A stretch of 57,005 nucleotides of DNA from Octopus bimaculoides (GCF_001194135.2 NC_068985.1:42216660-42273664); one strand, 5' to 3'. Counted from the first letter of the stretch, positions 25,021-38,638 are shown. The notes: generated by a model from the sequence alone, not told the origin. Numbers and translations are program-made.

Positions 25021-26054
25021 TTTGAGTGCACACTTATTGATATTGTCAGTTAATATACCAATTTTAAAATCTTACTGTTTATTATCCTATGCTACTTTTA
25101 TACTCAAATTAATCCATACTCATTTTTTTTTTTTATTTAATTTGTAATTTTAAGTATTAAATCTTCATTCTTACGATACATTAATTATTCAGGTAGCTAT
25201 CAACAATTGTGTACATATAAAGTGTACTCACTGCCCTCATTGAATATGCTATAGTCTATAAATAGTTTCCTATCAGCTGAACAAATCCCATAAATTCCAT
25301 CATAATAAGATGATTTATAACTGTTTATCTTTTCCTTAACCTCTCTTTCCTCAGCTATTTAGCTTAACCCTTTCCTACCTGCACACATCACACTGACCAA
25401 CCCACTACACAGCCAGTCATTCTTAAATATACTTTATTTTGGTAACTCATCTCCCTACTCTGAAATTTAAATGTTCCACTTCATACTGCCCCCTCTGGCT
25501 AGTCTAGCTAACTAATAAGTCCAATTATTCACCCCTCTGCTACTGCAATTCTACACATTGTCGAATCCACACCATCCTACTAAGTATCTCTTTTCTCTAC
25601 ACATACTAGCATTGTTATTACTTTGTACATATCTTCCTTTGATTCTAGACCTTTATACATCTATCTCTCAGCTTATATATTAGGTTCCACCTGTCTTCCA
25701 CTTATTAAGAACTTATATTCTCTGCTTCTCTCCTTTTAGGCACACTTCTGTACATCTACCGTTAATATATCTTTATTTTCTACCAAAGCCCTAGTTCACT
25801 TTTCCTCCAATGATAGAATAGATTTGTGAAACAGCTATAAAGTGACATCTTCCTTCTTCTCATCCATCTTTCGATTCTATCTACCTTAATCTACTGTCAA
25901 ATATAAATAACTTAGACTTACTCATAACTGTTCTGGGAGAATACCAACATATATTACATCTGTTATGAACATTCCTCAACTGATTGTTTATTGATCTCTT
26001 ATGATCTAAACTCTTGTAACTCTCTAGTTTTGTCAATATGTTAATGTCTGTATG

Positions 26055-26086
<32 letters not shown>

Positions 26087-26160
26087 TGCATGTATATATG
26101 TATGTATGTATGTCTGTATCTATATCTTTATATCTATATATATATATATATATATATATT

Positions 26161-27468
26161 CACAGTGTGATGGGTAAATTATTACCATTTTATATTTTTA
26201 ATTTCATGCATGCATATTGTTTGTTTTTGATTTTTTGACTACACAGTATAGTAGGGTCAGTTGGGCACCATCTGTGAAAAAAACAATACCATGACACAAT
26301 TCACTCTGCCAGAAATTTGGAAATGACATGCTGTGCTGCTTGGCATTCACAACAGAAGCTCCAATACGAACATTTCAGAGTGTTTGAGTATCAATCTGAG
26401 GAGAGTGCAGAGGATCTAGAAAGAGTTGGATAGTCTAATGATGATTACAAAGGTACGGCAGCTCAGAAAACTGACTCTAATCAGAATGATCAGAAAAGAA
26501 CTCCTGAATTTCTTGGTGAGATCCAGGCCATGGTTGACAACAATCCCTCCAAGTCAATCAGGTCCATTGCCAGAGACTTGGGAGCGTCTTTATTTCTTAT
26601 TAAGCAGGTAGTGCATGAAGACATTCGGAATTCCTCATACAAGATGAAAAAGGGCCAATTTTTATCCCAAGTCATCAAGGACAAGAGGAAAGACCATGCT
26701 ACGAAGCTTTTAAACAAACTCAAATATCCCCTCCATCCAAACATTCTTTAGTTTTTCTCAGATGAGTAAAACTTTTGCCAGGATCAGATGGTGAACACAC
26801 ACAACAAACATTGGCTAGCCATGTCCCCAAAACATGTGCTGAGGGTGATGAAAATCAAACATCCAGCCAACATCATAGTGTTTGGAGTGATCACTAGTGA
26901 TGGTGATGTTATGCCTCCATTCGTCTTTTCACACGGCCTCAGACTCGACACGGAGGCTTACATCAAGTGCCTGAAAGAGGGAGTGCTGCCCTGGGTCAAA
27001 AGGGTGGCTGCTGGAAGACCCTATGTCTGGCAACAGGACTCTGCACCATGCCACACAAACAGGAGAACCCAGTAATGGCTGTCAGACAATTTCTGCGACG
27101 ACATCACCCCTAACATCTGGCCACCTAACTCCCCAGACTGCAGCCCCCTTGATTATTATGTGTGGGGTGCAGTTGAGTGAGAGACCAACAAAACTCCTTG
27201 TAACACCAAAGATGAACTGAAGGCAAGGATTATGATAGCATTCACCAACTTAAACAAGGAGACTGTCCAGAAGAGCTGCATGAGATCCCAAAGTCATCTG
27301 GAGGCCATGGTTGAAGCCAATAGCAATTTTATTGAATAAATTTACTCTTTAGTATTTCAAGATATTTTAATGTAATTTTATGTAAATAAATATATCTGTT
27401 AAAATGAGATGTCAATGTCATTTTCATTTTTGCATAATTTAGATGACAATTTATTCACTGCATCTTGC
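26161..27468 (+). mobile_element. DD37D (maT family) Tc1/mariner transposon, near full length, inactivated
   Basis: A single frame 26530-27339 with stops gives FFSDE...VWQQDSAPCH...WPPNSPDCSPLDYYVWG; 37 residues separate the second and third Asp. Ends show only weak TIR similarity. Confidence 0.88.
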
Positions 27469-27474
<6 letters not shown>

Positions 27475-27546
<72 letters not shown>

Positions 27547-27581
27547 AATGATAATGATAATAATGATAATAATAATATCAT

Positions 27582-27621
<40 letters not shown>

Positions 27622-27627
27622 AATAAT

Positions 27628-27657
<30 letters not shown>
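27475..27657. repeat. Compound (AAT)n/(GAT)n microsatellite
   Basis: Seen directly. Confidence 0.97.
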
Positions 27658-27661
<4 letters not shown>

Positions 27662-27844
27662 CACCAGAACTTACAAATATATATAACATACAGAAAATTG
27701 CACTACTGGGTACTGCACACATTCTACGCAAAACACTTTCAATACAGTAAACATAAGAGCACCACAGCAAACCACAGCACATACCCAAGGCGCACAGAGC
27801 TGCGCTCGGTAGTGAAGTGAAAGCACGTTAAAAAAATAAAACTA

Positions 27845-27847
<3 letters not shown>
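27658..27847 (+). mobile_element. 5'-truncated Dong/R4-clade LINE 3' end inserted in (TAA)n
   Basis: TPELTNIYNIQKIALLGTAHILRKTLSIQ* plus a short 3' UTR with the gcgcacagagctgcgc hairpin. (AAT)n lies on both sides. Confidence 0.8.
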
Positions 27848-27881
<34 letters not shown>

Positions 27882-27895
27882 TGTGTGTGTATGTG

Positions 27896-28083
27896 TAAGT
27901 AAGGATGCAAAATAGTACCTGCAATTGCTAGAAATAAGAGCTAAAAAATATAACTCAAATAACCACACAAAATCACCAACCTCATGAGATATTCAGAGAT
28001 TGGTGATTTTGTGTGACTATTCGAGTTATATATTTTTGGTCTTATTTCTAGCAATTGCAAGTACTGTTTTGTACCCTTACTTA
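27896..28083. repeat. Foldback hairpin, 88-bp arms, 12-nt loop
   Basis: 27896-27983 versus reverse complement of 27996-28083: about 77/88 identical by manual alignment. Confidence 0.9.
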
Positions 28084-28181
28084 TGAATTTTGCTTTTTTG
28101 GTTTGAATTGCTATAGCCACCTATATTATAATGTATTCAATATATCATAATATCTTAATTTACTATTGTAATATCTGATTG

Positions 28182-28275
<94 letters not shown>

Positions 28276-28847
28276 CACACACATATATATATATATATAT
28301 AATCTGACTTGATACCAATTGTTTGCTTACTTTTACCTTTATTCTATTCTATTCAACATATATGGAAATATTGTGCCTTGGGAGGGTCGTTATGCCAATA
28401 ATAAATACAGACACACAGGTTCAATGTCCCTTCTTTTTTATTAGTCAGTTGGTTAAATATCTAACCAACTAAATAACTGACCATTTTGTTTAATGTGGTG
28501 GTCAAACAATTAACTGGTTGTTTGGGCCCTCAGTGGCTAATAAAGAAATGAGTGTTGTGGTGGAATCTGAACACCCCTGTGAAAAGATAAATGAACGGTT
28601 CTGAAATGTATAAATACGCATGCGTGCTGGAGATATCAGAAGAGTGTTGTATGCACAATGAGCATTTTGGTAGCAGGCTGGTGAGTTTACAGTTGATCTT
28701 TTGTGTGCCGTATTATCTGGAAAAATTGTTATTTATGGACTTTTTTGAAAAATTGTTTGCCTCCCCTATGGGAGAAGGATTTGAAATTTTGAACTGGAGG
28801 GAAAAATACTGTTTTTTTGTGAACTGTTTTATTGTTGGAGAATCATT

Positions 28848-29700
28848 GTGTCCATGGAGGTCAATAACAATGGTGAGAAAAAAAACTATGTGGAAATCAC
28901 CTATGTGGCATACATGAATGTAAACGTGCCCAGAACAGACTATCAGGCATGTTATGGCATGCTCACAGTGGATGGAAGAGATGTTCGCATCTCCCCACGA
29001 AGTGAAGTTACTAATCAAAGAGATAATAGGACTATCGTCTACAAATGTTTGATGTAACAGAAAAAAGATTGCCATATTGGAGAAAGAAAAAATTGAAAAG
29101 TGCCTCGGACCACTTTGGAATGATATTACCTACGTACCCTGAGGCAAAGGATTTGCCTGCATAGAGGTTTACTCTAAGGATGCAGAAATGGCAAAACAAC
29201 ATTCAGTCACAACACTGAAAACTACAGAAGTGGCATTGCTACCCTCGTATCTAGGATGTAGAACGTCTCAGATCAAAATCGAAGAAGTGCCACCAGTGGT
29301 AGACATACATTAGATAATTGTGGTGCTCTGATACAGCAGAGAAGATAAAATCAGCATTTTGCAAATTACACATTCTGCCCACTCCAAAATTGGCTGGGTC
29401 AGAACATAGAAATTTTGGGTCAGAACATAGAAATTTTGATTCAGGTCACACCGGTGGTCCTTGAAGAAATCCCCGATTGAATGGTAATCAGGGATGAAAT
29501 TATATTAAAAACTATATTAAAAATACAGGTTGAGGGGAGGAAGCCGCGCTACTACAAGTGTGGCAAAAAAGGCCACATAAGAGTAAAGTGCGGCACATCA
29601 AAAACAAAGGATGAAGATGAAGGCCTCCCCCCTTCGACTACAGAAAAACCTGACAAAATGGAAGAAGCAGGAGGAAAAAAAGGAAACTAAAAAAAGAAGC
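28848..29700 (+). mobile_element. Degenerate L1/Tx1-like ORF1 (gag-like zinc knuckle) remnant
   Basis: QVEGRKPRYYKCGKKGHIRVKC (Cx2Cx4Hx4C with the first Cys replaced by Tyr) followed by a Lys/Glu-rich tail; stops and frameshifts upstream. Confidence 0.6.
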
Positions 29701-29924
29701 CAAAAAACAAAAAAGGAAGGAAAAAAATGAAGACCCCCCACCTCAAAAAAGACACTTGTGGCAGTGTTACGTTTAAGTGCCTGTTTAATGTCATTTAAAA
29801 GTGCCCATGAGGTACCACGTAAAAGCACCTGTGTGGTGCCACATAAAAATGCCCGTGTGGTGCCATGTAAAAGCACACATGCAGTGACAACAGACATTAA
29901 ATGATGATGATAATGATATATATA

Positions 29925-30082
29925 CGACAAGCTTCTTTCAGTTTCCATTTATGAAATCCACTCATAAGGCTTTGGTTGGCTCATGGCTCTTGTAGAAGAC
30001 ACTTACCTAAGGTACTATGCTGTGGGAGTGAACCTGGAACCATGTGGCTACGAAACAAATTTTTTTACCACACAGCCATGCC

Positions 30083-30122
<40 letters not shown>

Positions 30123-30423
30123 CCCAGCACAGAAATTACCATTTTAAGTCTGGTATTCTATCAGCCCCTTTTGCTGAACCGCTAAGTTACAGGAACGTAA
30201 ACAAACCAATACTGAGCTATCAAACAGTAGCAGGGACAAACTCAGACACACACACATACATATATGATGAGTTTCCACAGTTTCTGTCTACTAAATTCAC
30301 TCACAAGGAATTGGTCATTCTAGGGCTTTAGTAGAAGGCACTTGCCCAGGGTGTCATGCAGTGGGACTGAACCCAGAACCACATGATTGCAAAACAAACT
30401 TCTTAATTGCACAGCTATGCCTC
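29925..30423 (-). mobile_element. SINE family B cluster (head part, 3' part, head part)
   Basis: Two head segments (about 29925-30085 and about 30265-30423) flank a 3' segment. Confidence 0.8.
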
Positions 30424-30672
30424 CTTCTCAAATTTTCTCCCTGCTTGTTTTTTTTTTTTTTTTTCCTGCTGCTGTTAGCTTGCAGCCAGTTCCTGTAGAT
30501 CATTGACATCGATGTAACCAGTCTCAGAGAAACCGATGACAGCTTCGGACACCTCTTTCTTTGGATAAAATAATTTAAAAGAAAAAATTCCTGCTTTGCT
30601 GTTGTAATATAAACATGTCTCAGTCATTCTGTTTGAAGTATACATTAATTGTTTTATTTGTGTAATTCATAG

Positions 30673-30933
30673 TTTTTGCTGAGTTCTGAATTACTGAAGG
30701 AAAAAGATATTGACACAGGTGAAGGAAATTTCCTGAAAAATAGTTTGCATGGATCTGATGAGAGATTACTGAAAACTGATGAAGATACCAGTTATATGGG
30801 CCGATACCAGAAGTTGCGCAATGCAAACTTTAAGTATAAAGTGTACACAGTTGAAGATTACAGAAAAATGCAGAAAGAGGTGAAGTTAGGAAGACTTGGA
30901 CCTGATCTTGATAGTGAGAACTTGAAAGAAAAG
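30673..30933 (+). CDS. JHY: JHY-like coding exon (start of conserved C-terminal Jhy domain)
   Basis: Acceptor ...gtaattcatag| and donor AAG|gtgaga, both phase 0. Encodes YKVYTVEDYRKMQKEVKLGRLGPD, resembling vertebrate JHY ...DVKLGGLGPD. Confidence 0.88.
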
Positions 30934-31830
30934 GTGAGATCTGAATTTCTAAAATATTTATGTACATCTAAACACATCCAAACACACACACACATACACA
31001 CACACGCACGCACACACACACACACACACACACATAAACATGTGCATATATGTAAACACACACACACCACACACATACATACCACACACACACACACACA
31101 CACACACAACTACAAGTAAATTTAATAAACTGCTATTCCACTTATACATGTTGTTAGAGTTTATATTCTGCTTCATAGGGTGAAGTGGATCTAGGATGAA
31201 TCTCTTTCTGAATTGGACAGTAGTCTGTTATTGAAGTTATCATTCCTAGATGATCTGGTACCTATTATCAGCAATGACAATATAAATAAAAATAACAATC
31301 TCTGAACTATAATGAAATGCTTGTAGCGGATTTGAACCAAGGTTCTTGAGAGTAAGAGGACCAGTATCTTATTTATTTAACCATCCAACATTTATTACTC
31401 AAATATTTGTGCACACTCACACATGATCTAATACACACAATGTATTCAAGGCCATTAAAAACTATACTTCTCTGAAGAATTCTAATAATACTGAAACATA
31501 TCCAGAGTTGTTTTTTTACTATTTTACCAGAATTAATCATTAAGTAAATGATTCTTCTTAGCTATTAATGTAATTTTATCAATTAAAATTCCTTGTCTTC
31601 TCACAACATTTAGAAGTAGGTTAGCAATGGCATTACCAATGATTTATAGGTGACAAGAAATTGAATTTTGTAGTAGTCATGCTATTCTCAGTGACATCAG
31701 CAAGATTAATTGAAAGAACTAGATTTGATTCATCTAATATCTTACTCTCTGAATATAGATGAAGTGAACTATTATAATGTCTAAGAATTGTGAATTATCT
31801 TTGTCATCAAGTTTAAAATGTTGATTTCAG

Positions 31831-31971
31831 CTTGAGAAACGTCAAAGACAAGCAGAATATGCTCGCAGAGTTCATGAAGAAAATAAAACATCAATCAGTT
31901 CCAAACCATTAGCTCCTCCCCCTTGTCCACCACCATCGTTTACAAAAGAGCAGGAAAACAGGAGAAAAATG
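31831..31971 (+). CDS. JHY: JHY-like coding exon (47 codons)
   Basis: Acceptor ttgatttcag| and donor ATG|gtaaat, phase 0. Encodes LEKRQRQAEYARRVHEENK...RRKM, resembling JHY QQKEYAKQVKEYN. Too short to appear in the ORF track. Confidence 0.88.
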
Positions 31972-32012
31972 GTAAATATTACATATGTGTGTGTATATAT
32001 ATATAAATATAT

Positions 32013-32889
32013 ATGTGTATATATATATATAATTTTGCAAATTATTTACTATATGCAGTTAATGTAGTTAGTGATTTACAACAGAGTGTGAACAGAGGCA
32101 ATGATATATATATATATATATATATAGCTGAGTTTGTAAGTGTGTGTGTGTGTGTGTGTGTGTGNNNNNNNNNNNNNNNNNNNNNNNNNNNNNNNNNNNN
32201 NNNNNNNNNNNNNNNNNNNNNNNNNNNNNNNNNNNNNNNNNNNNNNNNNNNNNNNNNNNNNNNNNNNNNNNNNNNNNNNNNNNNNNNNNNNNNNNNNNNN
32301 NNNNNNNNNNNNNNNNNNNNNNNNNNNNNNNNNNNNNNNNNNNNNNNNNNNNNNNNNNNNNNNNNNNNNNNNNNNNNNNNNNNNNNNNNNNNNNNNNNNN
32401 NNNNNNNNNNNNNNNNNNNNNNNNNNNNNNNNNNNNNNNNNNNNNNNNNNNNNNNNNNNNNNNNNNNNNNNNNNNNNNNNNNNNNNNNNNNNNNNNNNNN
32501 NNNNNNNNNNNNNNNNNNNNNNNNNNNNNNNNNNNNNNNNNNNNNNNNNNNNNNNNNNNNNNNNNNNNNNNNNNNNNNNNNNNNNNNNNNNNNNNNNNNN
32601 NNNNNNNNNNNNNNNNNNNNNNNNNNNNNNNNNNNNNNNNNNNNNNNNNNNNNNNNNNNNNNNNNNNNNNNNNNNNNNNNNNNNNNNNNNNNNNNNNNNN
32701 NNNNNNNNNNNNNNNNNNNNNNNNNNNNNNNNNNNNNNNNNNNNNNNNNNNNNNNNNNNNNNNNNNNNNNNNNNNNNNNNNNNNNNNNNNNNNNNNNNNN
32801 NNNNNNNNNNNNNNNNNNNNNNNNNNNNNNNNNNNNNNNNNNNNNNNNNNNNNNNNNNNNNNNNNNNNNNNNNNNNNNNNNNNNNNNNN
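32013..32889. repeat. (TA)n/(TG)n microsatellites and the largest assembly gap (32165-32889)
   Basis: Seen directly. Other gaps: 14105-14194, 20313-20760, 22491-22568, 34208-34583, 52160-52263. Many more (TA)/(CA)/(CATA)n tracts occur throughout the window. Confidence 0.97.
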
Positions 32890-33729
32890 AAAGATGACTG
32901 CAGTACGCACGTTTCATGCTACTCCATTTATTTAAGTAATGCAAGCATTACATTAAATGCAATATGTAGAGCAATCTTCAGCTGCCCAAAAAATGTAGAA
33001 AATTACAGTAGAATAGACATATTATAAATAATTGTGGCAACATTTAAAATCCAAGTGGGAAGAAGAATACATAAAAATCCATCTTGACATAGCCAAGGCT
33101 AGCAGGCTAGTAATTAGTTCTAGGTAGAATTCTAACTGTCTCTGATTTTATTTGTTTCTTATCTAGTGGTTAAAAGTATAAGGGGGCAATCAGTTCTAAG
33201 GAAAGGGAAGGTGTAAGCATTATACATGGATATGGTTATAAAGGTTTCTCTGGTTAAATAATGTGTGTACGCGCAAGTATGTGTGTTCACGTGGATTTAT
33301 GTGAGTGTGTGTGTGCATGTGTGTATGTGCATGTGTGTATGGAAGTATATGTGTGTGTGGTGTGTGTGGGAGGTAATTGTGCGTTCGTGTGTGTGTATGG
33401 GTGTGTGTGTTTTTTTGTGTGTGTGTATATGTGTGTCTATGTATGCGTGTATATAGAAATAAAAATAAAAATCTAATTTGATGAAGACATTTCCAATTAC
33501 ATTATGTGGACTATGAGCTCTTTGAAAAATTTTTTTGGATGAGCATTTTCATCACAACACTAGTCAAAAATGTTTTACAAATTATACAATCTTCATTTTC
33601 GGTCTAATTTATACCCTTGACAGTAATATGCAGTCTATAAGTATGTAAAAATACAACTATATTATCAAAAGTTGATCGTTTTTTTAATACATAAATACAT
33701 ATATATATATATGGTGTTTCTTCTGGCAG

Positions 33730-33960
33730 GCCATTGAATATTCAAAAACAGTTCCCAAACCAACTGTAAAATCAGTTCCTTTGAAAGAAGAGAAACAGAG
33801 ACCAGTTCAGGAAACATCTCCTTTAAAAGACGATGCCCCAGTTTCGAAACCTTCTTCTATATTGTTTAAGACAGATGAAATTGAAAAGTTACGTGAGCAA
33901 CATGAACAAGATAAGAAGGCTGCAGAAGCCATACGACAAAGGTTAAATGCTAAAAGTTGA
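33730..33960 (+). CDS. JHY: JHY-like last coding exon (76 aa plus TGA)
   Basis: Acceptor tttcttctggcag|. Encodes AIEYSKTVPKP...EKLREQHEQDKKAAEAIRQRLNAKS*, resembling JHY ALEYAKTIPKP...LQNRHEREKQAVAAF. Confidence 0.88.
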   Translation, partial: AIEYSKTVPKPTVKSVPLKEEKQRPVQETSPLKDDAPVSKPSSILFKTDEIEKLREQHEQDKKAAEAIRQRLNAKS

Positions 33961-34172
33961 AAAAGGCATCAAAATTCAGGTAACTGAACAATATATATCA
34001 ACACTGATCTGTTGGGACCACAGCATTATATACACACATATATACAAACTGAATAATATATATATCAACACTGATCTATTAATACACATATATCTCTATT
34101 TGTGTGTGTATGTGTGTGTGTGTATGTATATATATATACATATATATTCCAGCATGGACAGCGAACATTAAA

Positions 34173-34207
<35 letters not shown>

Positions 34208-34641
34208 NNNNNNNNNNNNNNNNNNNNNNNNNNNNNNNNNNNNNNNNNNNNNNNNNNNNNNNNNNNNNNNNNNNNNNNNNNNNNNNNNNNNNNNNNNNNN
34301 NNNNNNNNNNNNNNNNNNNNNNNNNNNNNNNNNNNNNNNNNNNNNNNNNNNNNNNNNNNNNNNNNNNNNNNNNNNNNNNNNNNNNNNNNNNNNNNNNNNN
34401 NNNNNNNNNNNNNNNNNNNNNNNNNNNNNNNNNNNNNNNNNNNNNNNNNNNNNNNNNNNNNNNNNNNNNNNNNNNNNNNNNNNNNNNNNNNNNNNNNNNN
34501 NNNNNNNNNNNNNNNNNNNNNNNNNNNNNNNNNNNNNNNNNNNNNNNNNNNNNNNNNNNNNNNNNNNNNNNNNNNNNNNNNNNATATATGTTGAATACTT
34601 TTAATTCTGTTGAATACCTTATCAATCCAAATATATATATG

Positions 34642-34673
<32 letters not shown>

Positions 34674-34726
34674 TACATATATGTGTGTGTATATTTATCT
34701 ATCTCTATTTGTCTATCTATATATTT

Positions 34727-34761
<35 letters not shown>

Positions 34762-34949
34762 AATATATACATATATATATGCACACATGACTTTACAAAT
34801 ATTGGATTTGACTTGTAATAAATCTCTAAGAAATAAAAATCTCTTGTATTTGTTTTATTTTGTAATGCTTTTGCATATTGAGTAGTCATTGTGATTGTGG
34901 TGCATTGTGTTCTCTGGTAAAATATCCTGTGGTGTTCTGTTACCATTTT

Positions 34950-35540
34950 TTTATGCCAATATTTTTTAGCATGCTTGAGGTTGAGACTCTGCAGCTTCAG
35001 GTTTTCTCATTTTGTTTCACCCATGTCTTCTTTGGTGCACTGCACTGGATTCTCCAGTGCTGGGGTCGCTGCTGCCATGGAAGTTGGTCTAGTGCTCATC
35101 CTGCAGATGTGGCCAAACCATTGTAGCCTGTGCTGTGGGACTTGGTCTTCAATGGTTGGTTGCTGCTGTGCCAGCATCATTCTTTGATGTTAGTTGAGAT
35201 TCATTCGCATAGAGAGACACCAAAGATCTGATCAAGACACTACATTTGGAACAATGTAAGCTTGTTCAGGTCCTGTTTGAGGATGATCTAGATTTCAATA
35301 CTGTAGTGGAGGACAGACAGAACCAGTGTGTGGAAAAGATGGATTTTGTTCCTTAGGGAGATGTTGGGCTTCTTCCAGATACACCAATGAAGGGATGCGA
35401 AAGCAAAAGTTGCAGACCCAATTCAGGAGTTGATCTCTGCTGTTGACGCCACTTTCTTCTCCACAACCCGTGAGCTGAAATATTTGAACACCTGGACCTG
35501 CTCAGTCTGACCAAACCTTTTGTTAGCGATGCTGTACAAT
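34950..35540 (-). mobile_element. RTE-like LINE C-terminal remnant (different subfamily)
   Basis: EQVQVFKYFSS...AEINS*IGSA...KPNISLRNKIHLFHTLVLSVLHY...RLQWFGHICRM. Confidence 0.75.
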
Positions 35541-35644
35541 AGAACCATAACACTGTAAATCTCATGTAACCATTCTGCTTGAGTTACAATTTGTAAAACT
35601 AGGAAGATTACATCTTTGTAACACCTAAAATGTAATCTTCCTAG

Positions 35645-36775
35645 ATAGGCAACTACAGGAGAAATGCTTGGCTCAGAATAAATTACTATTCCTGGCTTTC
35701 ATTGATTTGGAGAAGGCATCTGACAGGATACCACATTCAGTGACTTGGTAGTCACTGAGGTAACTAGGTATAGACAAATGGCTTGTGAGGGCTGTACAAA
35801 CTATGTGCAAAGATACAGTAAATAAAGAGAGAATCAATCATGATTTCAATGATGAATTTAGCTTTAAGGTAAGAGTTCCTTAAAGTTTTGTCCTCTCCTA
35901 TTCATCATAGCCCTACAGGTCATCACTGAGGAATTTATGACTGGATGTCAGTGGGAACTTCTATATGCAGATGATCTAGATCTCTTAGCTAAAACTACAG
36001 GGAAATTAGAAAGGAAATTCCAAGCACAGAAGCTAAACCTAGAATCAAGGTTAACTTTGCAAAGACTAAGATTTTAGTAAGTAAGAAAGAAGACAAGACT
36101 GATATCTTCAAGGAAATGGACTTGCTTGATGTGCAAGAAAGGAGAATGTATAAACTCTATACGCTGTAATGTAATGTCAGCCATGGACATACAAGAGTGT
36201 TGCAGTGGGATCACAGGCAGACTAGTAGAGAAAGTAAGCTTCATATGTGACGGATGCACTGGAGTAGTATGCTCCAGAAATAGATTCTTTTAAATGCCCA
36301 GATTGCTCACTAGTAGTCATAGCTTTTGTTACCTAGGAAATGTCTTTAGGAGGGGAGGTGGTTGTTCCAAAATAGTGAGCATAAGAACAAATTGGAAAAA
36401 GTTTGGGGAGCTACTATTGGTGCTGGCAACAAAAGTCTTCTCCCTCAGTGAAGATTGTATGATGCTTGTGTTAGAACTGTGATGCCATATGAAGAGAATG
36501 GAAAGAAATGAAGCAAGCATGCTTGATTGGATGTGCAAGAAAGAAGACTGTGTTGGTATGGACTTATGAAGAATATGGATGTGAACAGCTGTATAAAGAA
36601 GTGCTGATCACTTAATGTGGGTGGGGCTTGTAGAAGAAGGAGGCTCAGGAAGATATGAAGAAATGTGGTGAAGGCTGATCTCAAGATTTTGAACCTCATA
36701 GAGATGGTAAGTAACCAGGATGTCTGGTAAAACGTGGTTCCTGAGAAGACACACCCAACTCAGCGAAACTAAGCT
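35645..36775 (+). mobile_element. RTE-clade LINE remnant including RT motifs
   Basis: LFLAFIDLEKASDRIP...LGIDKWLVRAVQTM...ELLYADDL, then a C-terminal region like that at 23900. Confidence 0.85.
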
Positions 36776-37207
36776 TTGGAAGAAGTGCTGTATGTGTATG
36801 TACAACCAGACCTTTTGCTCACTCTCACCTTCAGGCACCCCCAGTACCCTTCATCTCTCTAACTGGTTTTTTCTTTGATACCACTGAACTTTCTCACTAC
36901 CTGGAACATTTCACTTGATATCTATCCATCATCCTTAATACTATCCTCTTCACCGAAATTCTACATTGTCATCCCACTCACAGAACCTCTAAATTACCTC
37001 AGCTTTTCCTCCAACAAAGGCCTCTCACTCTCCTTATGTGCTACACATTACCCCTCTCCCCTTGCAACCTACCCAACCACCCGTCATCTCTCTCTTCCTT
37101 TTTCCATCTGCTGCTTCATCATTGCTATTCTGCTACTCTTTGCCTCCGTCATCATTAATCCTTCACCCCTTATCCACCATTCATTACAACTCAATCCTAC
37201 TCAATCT

Positions 37208-37603
37208 CTTACTCTTTACTCTTTTACTTGTTTCAGTCATTTGACTGCGGCCATGCTGGAGCACCACCTTTAGTCGAGCAAATCGTCCCCAGGACTTATT
37301 CTTTTTGGAAGCCTAGTGCTTATTCTATCGGTCTCTTTTGCCGAACCGCTAAGTTACGGGGACATAAACACACCACCGTCGGTTGTCAAATGATGTTGGA
37401 GGGACAAACAGACACACAAACATACATATATATATATATATATATACGACAGGCTTTTTTCAGTTTCCGTCTACCAAATCCACTCACAAGGCTTTGGTTG
37501 GCCCGGGGCTATAGTAGAAGACACTTGCCCAAGGTGCCACGCAGTGGGGATGAACCCGGAACCATGTGGTTGGTAAGCTAGCTAGCTACCACACAGCCAC
37601 TCT
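37208..37603 (-). mobile_element. SINE family B, full length, young
   Basis: Nearly identical to the copy at 22282-22757, with internal (TA)n. Confidence 0.92.
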
Positions 37604-38638
37604 CTGCAGTTGTTACACAATCTCCCCTACTTATCCACTCAACACTTGTTCGCCCCCCCCCACCCGGCCGTTACTTGTTATATTCACCACCTCACCCCTT
37701 CCCATACATTCTTGTAATCTCTAGCAACCCACACCCCTTGTTCTTCCCTCATTCATTTCTACACACTGTACTTCAACAGTCTCCTAATCACTGCTACTTT
37801 TTATCTCTTCTCTACTCCACAGTCTCTTCTAAAATGCAAGTAGCCATGTGGCTCTCTGTAGCAAGAAACCTGTTCTACTCTGGACCCTTCTCTCATACCT
37901 TAATAATTATCTCTCATTTGAGAACCCTCTAGAAATAAACACAAAAGCCAGTACAATCTGGATAATAGCAAACAGTGTTCCATATTATTGTAGAATTGCA
38001 GGTTTTACATCAGGCATGGACAATCTTTTTTATGAAGTGAGCTGCATGGGACATGGATCATTATCAGGCAGGCCAGACAACTAAAACAAATTCAAGGTAA
38101 TTTTGTTAGGTGTGCCATTCAGAGAGTCCTGTGAGCTGCAGTTGGCCCATGACTCTTTTATATGTTTTACAGACTGTAATACAAATCACATGACATAGTA
38201 AGTATTAGTACTACACCCAAGCAAGAAACCGCCAAATTATTTGTTTCTGAGGAGTGTCTGATTAACTACACTACATGCCACTTGGTTGTGAGGCATGACA
38301 ATGAAATGCTGTCATTTCTCTGGTTTCATCATGCATTAGGTGTAGTATAGGCAGAAGCAACTACAAATCTCTAGTCACCTGTGCAGCTGTATCTTCCATT
38401 GTTGTTGTGCACAAGACGAGTCTTAGTCACCTTTGAGACTGAAAGCTATCATTCATTTATGCATGCATATGTATTCAAATCTGACTAATTTTCCATGAGA
38501 AGTCTTAAAAGGTGCTTTATTTAAAGAAAATACAGACAATGAGCATTTAGAAAATGTTTAACTTTTTATTTTACTTAAAATTAGAAAATTCAATATTTGA
38601 CAATAAATAGAACTGTAAAATGTCTTTAGCACTTGTGG

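Noticed and set aside
32013-33027. Long ORFs of 260-320 aa here and at 20220-21251 and 34065-34818
   Set aside because: They are composed of X residues from N-gaps and dinucleotide repeats.
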